64,000 nt of DNA from a virus (taxonomy: Duplodnaviria; Caudoviricetes). The notes under the pieces are model-generated. The model worked only from the letters and a program-made list of their open reading frames with translations, had not been told where the DNA came from and ran no database searches. Each line of letters begins with the position of its first letter. The first letter of the stretch is position 1. The DNA lies in IMG/VR virus record IMGVR_UViG_3300028805_003982; one strand, given 5' to 3'. The translations under genes were made by a program, and so were the position numbers. This document shows positions 57,856 to 64,000 of the stretch, piece after piece.

Positions 57856-58051
57856 AGGTGAAGCAGAGAGAAGGCTTGCCGACATAGCGGCGCATAAAAA
57901 GGATCTGAGTCCATATAACAGGGAAGAGGAGATCCGGGAGTTATTCGATCTTTGGAACGAAACCATCCCTTTTGCGTTCAAAGTAGGTCTTTCTGTTATA
58001 GATCTTGACCGTATCTGGGAGAGCGTTCCCTGGTCGTTTATTAAGAAATAG
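57842..58051 (+). CDS. Small hypothetical protein, paralog of 45435..45662
   Basis: WNET..A.K.GL.....IWE motif. Confidence 0.5.
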   Translation: MFKTKGEAERRLADIAAHKKDLSPYNREEEIRELFDLWNETIPFAFKVGLSVIDLDRIWESVPWSFIKK

Positions 58052-58055
58052 ATAG

Positions 58056-58086
58056 GAGCTTGAGCCGTGTGCTCAAGCTCTTTTTC
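58056..58086 (+). terminator. Intrinsic terminator ending the pilus operon
   Basis: GAGCTTGAGC/GCTCAAGCTC followed by TTTTT. Confidence 0.85.
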
Positions 58087-58204
58087 TGTGAAAGGGGTTT
58101 TTGTTAATAGAGATGATTCGAACCTTACAACGGGTTTATTGGCTATCCAAGATGTGATAAGTGATCTCTACATTGTTAAAGATAAATTGAAGGGGGTTAA
58201 AAGT

Positions 58205-58519
58205 ATGATAGAGCTTAAATACAATCCGCAGGAAAAAGAGCGCTGCATAAAGGGGGCTTTTGCAAAGGCTTCGTATCAGCGGGGTGATATTGTTCGTTTT
58301 AAAGATGGGGCAGAATACAGGGAAGGAACTATTATGGTCGTTGACACCATAGGTTTAAATGAAGCATCTTATGACATTTTTAATCTGTCTGAGCTCGTTA
58401 TATATAAGCACTACGAAGAGTCGAAGGTCGATTGCCTGTTAACCAAAGCTTCTCCGGATACTATTTCACAGATGGAAAAAGCTTTGTTTGCCAATGTCGG
58501 GCCGACCAGGGAAATGTGA
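58205..58519 (+). CDS. Hypothetical protein (SH3/KOW-like beta barrel?)
   Basis: Y..GD.V.F...G.I..VD...SYDI pattern; start revised to ATG 58205. Confidence 0.45.
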   Translation: MIELKYNPQEKERCIKGAFAKASYQRGDIVRFKDGAEYREGTIMVVDTIGLNEASYDIFNLSELVIYKHYEESKVDCLLTKASPDTISQMEKALFANVGPTREM

Positions 58520-58642
58520 TAAATATAGTGTATTGCAAAAAATATACAAAAATTTACAGAATTCAATACGTTTTCTGTTTTTTGATGTAATAATAAATGT
58601 AGGAAAACATTTCGTATAACATTTGAGACAAGGAGATTAGGT

Positions 58643-59734
58643 ATGATATTGAAGAAGCACATAGCGATGGTCTTGTCGTTGGTAATGGTTTTCGGCATTG
58701 TTGTTTCCGGGTGTTCTAAGGAGACTGTTCTTTCTTTGGATACCTCAGAGACTTCGTCAGAACCTTCTCAGACAAGCGAGCAGAATGTTTTTATCCCCGA
58801 AGAAACATCTTCAACGGCATCGACTTTTGTCGATCCCGGTACAGGAGAGACCGTGGAGATCATATCTACTTTACCGGACGGAACTCCGGATGAGACGCGG
58901 CCGACAACAGCACGCGGGCAGAGCAACGGTAACAACAGTTCCGCAACCAACCCGACTAATCAACCAGCGGGCGGAACGACTGGTGCTCTTGATACTGCAA
59001 GTACACCCGGTACAACAGTAACTCCTGTTCCTACAACAGTTCCGGGAACGACGGCAACTGTTACACCCAAGCCGACGGGTACTTCGTATGTAACGCCTAC
59101 GCCATATCCTACGTCATCACCCAAGCCGACGGTAACGGTTAAGCCTACAAATACGCCTACTCCGGCCCCTTCAGGTAACGGTACTTGGCAGGATTCAAAG
59201 GCTGATGAAATCATCAGTATCCTGAATCAGAAGAGACATGACAGGGCTGTGCGTTTGGGTACGGCAACCTGGTATGTTCCGTACCAGAAGAGCTCGTCTT
59301 TTACCAATTCAGCCAAACAGCTTGTATTAAAGGGTTTTTCGGCGAATGGTGATGACAAGTTTATCTTTAGTGGCAATGCGTCTGCATCAACAATCGCAAG
59401 CAGCATCGATCCTTATTTATCCTACACAAAGAAGATCAAGTATGTAAGTGTCGGTTTCGGTATCTATTACAATAACGGCAAGACATATGTAGTTATGATC
59501 CAGCAGGAAGGCCCTTCCGGTGAACCTTCTTCATCATACCATATCACGCCTAACAAGCCGGCAACTCCGACACCTGTACCTAAGCCTACGAACACGCCTA
59601 CGCCTGTTCCTACCAACACTCCTACGCCGGCACCTACGGCTACAAATACGCCTACACCTAAACCTACGAATACACCTACACCAAAGCCTACTGAAGCTCC
59701 GAGTGAGCAGCCAGATGACAGTGGTGACGCTTAA
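58643..59734 (+). CDS. Pro/Thr-rich lipoprotein with CAP/SCP-like domain
   Basis: VSGC lipobox; TPKPT repeats; II..LNQ.R and VG.GIY....YVV patterns. Confidence 0.65.
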   Translation: MILKKHIAMVLSLVMVFGIVVSGCSKETVLSLDTSETSSEPSQTSEQNVFIPEETSSTASTFVDPGTGETVEIISTLPDGTPDETRPTTARGQSNGNNSSATNPTNQPAGGTTGALDTASTPGTTVTPVPTTVPGTTATVTPKPTGTSYVTPTPYPTSSPKPTVTVKPTNTPTPAPSGNGTWQDSKADEIISILNQKRHDRAVRLGTATWYVPYQKSSSFTNSAKQLVLKGFSANGDDKFIFSGNASASTIASSIDPYLSYTKKIKYVSVGFGIYYNNGKTYVVMIQQEGPSGEPSSSYHITPNKPATPTPVPKPTNTPTPVPTNTPTPAPTATNTPTPKPTNTPTPKPTEAPSEQPDDSGDA

Positions 59735-59751
59735 GATTTAAGGAGGTTATT

Positions 59752-60693
59752 ATGAATTACAATAAGTTTTCTAAATGGGTTGTCGCTTCTTTAGCATTCC
59801 TGCTTATGTTTGGATTTTCGGCATGTGAAGCGAAGGGCGAAGACGGCAGTGCCCCGTCCATATCTGAGACGACTGCGGTTGACTCTACCGTAACCGAGAC
59901 AACGGAAAGCGAATTTGTACCTGTAGATACATCCGCTACCTCTTTTGAGACGATAGAGACTGTCGAAGCCACGCTGTCCTCAGAGACTTCTCAGGATAAG
60001 AAGCCGGGTGATCCGACAAATACAACAACACAGAACAAGGACAATGGCAAGCGGGAGGATACTACAAGTAAGCCTGCTCCAACCAAGAAGCCTACGGCAA
60101 CTCCTAAGCCTACAAAGAAGCCTACGGCAACTCCCAAACCTACGAATAAGCCTACTCCTAAGCCTACGAAGATTCCTAAGCCGACCAAGGCACCTACGCC
60201 AAAGCCAACCAAGGCGCCTACACCTAAGCCTACAAAGGCACCTACACCTGAACCTACAAAGAAGCCTACAGCAACCCCTACACCTAAGCCTACTCCCAAG
60301 CCGACACAGGCTCCGAGTGAAGGCAAGTGGCAGGACAGCAAGATCGATGATGTAATCAAGAAGCTCAATCAGATCCGTATGGACTATGTGGCTCAGGACG
60401 ACTCCGCTGAGTATTATGTACCGTTAAGGGCAAGCGATACTTTGTTGAAGACGGCAAAGAAAGAATGTTCTGACTACAATGATTCCGATTTTACCAAGTA
60501 TAAGATAGGCGGCAACGCATCTGCTTCAAAGATTGCCGATAAATTAAAGGATCGCTTAAAGTATTGGAATGTTGATGCCAAGTGCAAGCACGTAAATCTC
60601 GGTCTTGCGATCTTATATAAAGACGGTAACACATATGTCGTTGCCGTATACACCAAGGGTCCGTCAGGACATGGTGATTCGATAGAGCGTTGA
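59752..60693 (+). CDS. Pro/Thr/Lys-rich lipoprotein, paralog of 58643
   Basis: FSAC lipobox; shared WQDSK.D..I..LNQ.R and GNASAS.IA motifs. Confidence 0.65.
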   Translation: MNYNKFSKWVVASLAFLLMFGFSACEAKGEDGSAPSISETTAVDSTVTETTESEFVPVDTSATSFETIETVEATLSSETSQDKKPGDPTNTTTQNKDNGKREDTTSKPAPTKKPTATPKPTKKPTATPKPTNKPTPKPTKIPKPTKAPTPKPTKAPTPKPTKAPTPEPTKKPTATPTPKPTPKPTQAPSEGKWQDSKIDDVIKKLNQIRMDYVAQDDSAEYYVPLRASDTLLKTAKKECSDYNDSDFTKYKIGGNASASKIADKLKDRLKYWNVDAKCKHVNLGLAILYKDGNTYVVAVYTKGPSGHGDSIER

Positions 60694-60721
60694 TGACCTG
60701 TCCTGTTGATGGAGAAGTGAC

Positions 60722-61621
60722 ATGTCAGATGTGATTTTGATCATTGTTAGTGTGATAGCCGTTATAGCCTCTATAACGGCTGTTATGCTGTTAATAAGAT
60801 GCAGAAAGTATCTGTTCGGTAAAGAGCTTGATCCGGACGAAAAGCTTAAGCTGAAAGAAGCCGCTATGCAGGCTCGTATAGACGAGCTCGGCAAGCAATA
60901 TGATACCAAATTTGCCGATCTGGACAAACGTTTTAAGACTATGGAAGAGACTGCTCAAAAGCAGTTTAATGCGAAACGGGAACAGAACGAGCAGGAATAC
61001 CTGAAAAAATGCCTTGAACAACAGGCAAGCCTTACGAAGCTGCAAACAGAAAACGCTGAGAAGGTCGAGAAGATCAAAGCGGATCTGAAGTTTTATGAAG
61101 ACCTGCAATCTTCTGTTGTAACTAATTATCTGGAAGCAGAGAAAAAGGCTAAGGATCGGGATTTTCACAGGATCATGCTTGAAGGTTCTGAGCAGTCTGA
61201 TATAGAAGTGCTTCGTCCGGTGGCAGAGAAGATAAGTAAACCGATCATTTTGTATAAGCTCATATATGAGATTTACTATAAGCCCAAGCTTGATACGATG
61301 TTTAAGCAGGTTCTCGGCACCTCTGAAGGGGGCGGGGGCATATACAAGATAACCAACATCAAAGACGGGCGGGTATATATCGGAAGGGCTACGAAGTTCC
61401 TTGACCGCTGGAGGCAGCACGCTAAATGCGGCACTGGAGCAGATAACGGGGCTCAGATCAATGTCCGGTTATACGACTCTATGAAAAAAGAAGGGATAGA
61501 AAACTTTACTTTTGAGGTTCTGGACGAATGTCCGGCAGAAGAACAGCCTGCAAGAGAGAAGTATTGGATCGATTATTATCGTTCTATGGAGTATGGATAC
61601 AACATTAAGAGTGGCGGCTGA
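60722..61621 (+). CDS. Membrane-anchored coiled-coil GIY-YIG nuclease
   Basis: N-terminal TM; GIYKITN...YIG....RW.QH; RE.YWI; GYN. Confidence 0.8.
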   Translation: MSDVILIIVSVIAVIASITAVMLLIRCRKYLFGKELDPDEKLKLKEAAMQARIDELGKQYDTKFADLDKRFKTMEETAQKQFNAKREQNEQEYLKKCLEQQASLTKLQTENAEKVEKIKADLKFYEDLQSSVVTNYLEAEKKAKDRDFHRIMLEGSEQSDIEVLRPVAEKISKPIILYKLIYEIYYKPKLDTMFKQVLGTSEGGGGIYKITNIKDGRVYIGRATKFLDRWRQHAKCGTGADNGAQINVRLYDSMKKEGIENFTFEVLDECPAEEQPAREKYWIDYYRSMEYGYNIKSGG

Positions 61622-61729
61622 TCTTTAAACCGTATCTATTTTAATTTCCTTATATAAGTTTACACACTTTAGGATTTTCTGTGTCATAATTAAGTGTAAT
61701 ACCAAGAGTATAAACAGGAGGATACCAAT

Positions 61730-62062
61730 ATGACTTATATCCCGGATTGCCGTGTCGACGGCAATTATAACGAGCGTTATTTGAACGCAACAGATAAGGA
61801 ATACCTCGCAGGTTTTGACGCTGCCGTTGAAGCACTGCTTAATCTTGAGGGCAATCTTGACGTATATTCTGCCGATAGTCTGGTCATGCATTATCTGGAG
61901 GAGAATCCGGAAAAGGCCAAAGAACTCTTTGCTTCTATGAAGGATTGGGCAGAAATGGAAAGAAATGAGCTTATCGTTTCGATGCTCGACAATATGGACG
62001 ACGATGAATACCAAAAGATCAAAGCAGAAGTTGATAAGAATAAGAACACAGACGGAGAATAA
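61730..62062 (+). CDS. Acidic hypothetical protein
   Basis: AGGAGG RBS; upstream -10-like element. Confidence 0.6.
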   Translation: MTYIPDCRVDGNYNERYLNATDKEYLAGFDAAVEALLNLEGNLDVYSADSLVMHYLEENPEKAKELFASMKDWAEMERNELIVSMLDNMDDDEYQKIKAEVDKNKNTDGE

Positions 62063-62071
62063 GTATAAATT

Positions 62072-62674
62072 ATGGCTAAGACAGCGGATTTTATCTATGC
62101 GTTTACAAAACTTGAGACCGCATTAAAGGAACAGTATAACCAAACTGTTTTGCAGTTTGAGACTGGTTTGCAGGAAACTGATATTGATACGGCGGAAAAG
62201 CTTAAGGTGTGCCGTATCTTGCGTAATTATGTTTCTCATCATTCGGATAGTATAAAGTTTGTCAGTGTTTCCGATAAACAGGTCGCCTTTTTGGAAGATC
62301 TGGTGAACCGGGTTAACGGCATCCCGGCATTAAAAGACTGTTATCAGCGGCTTACTCCGATAACCCAGAACACATCCAGGGAAGACTTGATGAAGATTCT
62401 TGCCAAGAGCAAGTTTGGAATAGTTCCCGTGACGGATCTTTCCGGTTTTCCTATAGGCAGTTTAAGCTGGGAAGATGCCGTAAAGCTTTTTAATGCCTCA
62501 TCAGGCAAGAGAATTGATAAAGATACTTTGTTTAAGATCGTTGGAAAACAGAAAAATCTTTGTTTGTGTAATCGTAACTACACAGGTGAAGACATACAAA
62601 GCGGTAAGGTGATCTTTGTCGTGGACGCCGGAGGATTATATCAGGGCATATATAAATATATTAAAAGAGGGTGA
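62072..62674 (+). CDS. HEPN-CBS domain protein
   Basis: F..LE..L and RNYVSH (RxxxxH) HEPN motif; C-terminal CBS-like VPV.D..G..IG. Confidence 0.55.
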   Translation: MAKTADFIYAFTKLETALKEQYNQTVLQFETGLQETDIDTAEKLKVCRILRNYVSHHSDSIKFVSVSDKQVAFLEDLVNRVNGIPALKDCYQRLTPITQNTSREDLMKILAKSKFGIVPVTDLSGFPIGSLSWEDAVKLFNASSGKRIDKDTLFKIVGKQKNLCLCNRNYTGEDIQSGKVIFVVDAGGLYQGIYKYIKRG

Positions 62675-62682
62675 GATGCTAA

Positions 62683-62991
62683 ATGGCTAATACTGAATTT
62701 GAGTTTACTTGGAAATACGGTGATTTTGAGATACGGACAACAAGGGCGCTTAATAAAGGACATGCGCCCTATGTTGAACTTGTGAAATGGGAAGAAGGGC
62801 GTAACGGAAAGAAATCCTGCTTTACGCTTGCCTATTATCGTTGGGACGATGAAGGCGGTGAACTTTCTTTTGTTGGGCAGCGGCCTTTTGAGGAGATCAG
62901 TGAGATCGATATATCTCCTGTCTGGAAACAGTTATGGCTTGCGTGTCAGATGTTAAAAGATTGGTGTGATAAAGAATGTCAGGAGGACTGA
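62683..62991 (+). CDS. Hypothetical protein
   Basis: Operonic position. Confidence 0.5.
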   Translation: MANTEFEFTWKYGDFEIRTTRALNKGHAPYVELVKWEEGRNGKKSCFTLAYYRWDDEGGELSFVGQRPFEEISEIDISPVWKQLWLACQMLKDWCDKECQED

Positions 62992-63161
62992 TGATGGGTC
63001 TTTTTGGGACAGAAGAAGAGCGTATCAACAAAAAGATCTTGAAGATCGAGCATAAGAGGGCAAGGGTTGTGGCAGATCCGCTGCACAGTAAAGATGATCT
63101 GATAGCCTTTGACCTTGAATTGGAAGAATTACAGAATAAGTTAAAACAAATAAAAAGATAA
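62991..63161 (+). CDS. Small coiled-coil protein
   Basis: AGGAGG RBS; TGATG stop/start coupling. Confidence 0.45.
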   Translation: MMGLFGTEEERINKKILKIEHKRARVVADPLHSKDDLIAFDLELEELQNKLKQIKR

Positions 63162-63167
63162 GGAGAG

Positions 63168-63380
63168 TTGAGTATGTCAGTAATTAAATGGGTAAACAAG
63201 TGGAGTGGCGAAACCGGCTATGTGAAGAGCATTAAGCCTAAGCAGGGTCACTTCGTAAATACTTTTGAGCAGACAGAAGCTAAAAAGTATAAAGATGAGG
63301 CGGTTTTGAACCGTGCGTTGGACGTTCTCATCGCTATCGGTGAGGGTGATAACAACTACTTTGAGGTAGTTGAGGCTTAA
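63168..63380 (+). CDS. Small hypothetical protein
   Basis: AAGGAG RBS. Confidence 0.5.
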   Translation: MSMSVIKWVNKWSGETGYVKSIKPKQGHFVNTFEQTEAKKYKDEAVLNRALDVLIAIGEGDNNYFEVVEA

Positions 63381-63391
63381 GGAGGGCGCAT

Positions 63392-64000
63392 ATGAAACAC
63401 AAGAAGATATTAGCTGTTCTTTTGGCATCATGCCTTGTTTTTAGTCTTGCAGGATGCTCGAAAACTAACGAGACAACTGTAAGCGCTCAGACAAGTATTT
63501 CCGAGAGTTCAGACACCGGCTCTGATATTACTGACATTACTGCTGTTTCTTCCGGCGAAGCTACAAGTACGACGGAAGCAGCCGGCTGGGAGTATCTGCT
63601 TGACAATATGTCGGATGAAGAGGTAGCGGATCTTGTATTTAATATGGTATCTGGCTTTCATTTGGGAATGTCGGTTGACGATTGGTATTCCGTAGTAGGT
63701 AAGGTGCCTGCAACTGTTTCTAATGCGAATAAGTTGGAATACAAGTGTTTAGGTTACAGTATGGGGCATTGGCCTTCTAATGACTATGTAAAGACCATTG
63801 AACTTCAGTATATGAGAACAGACGACGGTACTGTTCAGGTAAGTGACTCCAATCGCAACATAGCTAAGATCGATATTAGTCTGAGATTTGTTGACGAGGC
63901 AAGAGCAAAGCATATCTATGAGCTCCTTAAAGAAAAGTTCGCTGTCGTTACAAATGAGGGGTATCACGAAGATGAAGACGAAGCAAGATACTGGCAGACA
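63392..64000 (+). CDS. Putative lipoprotein (3'-truncated by the window edge)
   Basis: AAGGAGG RBS; MKHKKILAVLLASCLVFSLAGC lipobox; not in the ORF track because there is no stop inside the window. Confidence 0.65.
   Translation, partial: MKHKKILAVLLASCLVFSLAGCSKTNETTVSAQTSISESSDTGSDITDITAVSSGEATSTTEAAGWEYLLDNMSDEEVADLVFNMVSGFHLGMSVDDWYSVVGKVPATVSNANKLEYKCLGYSMGHWPSNDYVKTIELQYMRTDDGTVQVSDSNRNIAKIDISLRFVDEARAKHIYELLKEKFAVVTNEGYHEDEDEARYWQT

Noticed and set aside
296-63967. Numerous minus-strand and alternative-frame ORFs in the track (for example 6938-7891, 9436-10353, 50016-50828)
   Set aside because: They are shadows of well-supported plus-strand genes and show no recognisable motifs
1-64000. 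Prophage interpretation
   Set aside because: No capsid, terminase, tail or lysis genes; ArdC, DUF3991/Toprim, TopB and sortase pili favour a plasmid or ICE, although relaxase and T4SS genes are not in this window

Overview
A 64 kb segment of what is most likely a large plasmid, megaplasmid or ICE of a Clostridia-type (Bacillota) bacterium. All credible genes (about 75) lie on the + strand. I saw no phage structural, rRNA, tRNA or CRISPR features, and no relaxase or T4SS core genes in the window. (i) 1-26.3 kb is a plasmid-backbone or 'establishment' block: metallophosphoesterase, HipA-like kinase, a bacterial WGR-PARP, type IA topoisomerase, SNF2 helicase, degenerate DEDDh nuclease, Mrr-like nuclease, DUF3991/Toprim protein, ArdC and many hypotheticals. 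(ii) An AT-rich radical SAM plus methyltransferase insert. (iii) 29.2-35.7 kb is a toxin/defence-like array (HipB/HipA-like, DUF3990-X-NADAR, zeta-like P-loop pair, JAB/MPN-X-HipA) split into cassettes by a thrice-repeated 63-bp terminator-promoter module. (iv) A 2083-aa VaFE/T-Q ester adhesin with a class B sortase. (v) An approximately 610-nt structured ncRNA closed by a 27-bp terminal helix, most likely ROOL class. (vi) UNG and a duplicated FCT-like pilus locus (pilin, SipA-like, SrtB twice, plus two paralogous adhesins). (vii) Pro/Thr-rich lipoproteins, a membrane-anchored GIY-YIG nuclease and a HEPN-CBS protein. The most notable signals are the large ncRNA, the repeat-delimited cassette array with an ADP-ribosyltransferase/NADAR module, a shared C-terminal x-[G/S/T]-L tail on many unrelated cytoplasmic proteins, and an upstream promoter motif at fixed spacing shared by the adhesin, ncRNA and ung loci. 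Family assignments come from motif recognition by eye; no database searches were run.
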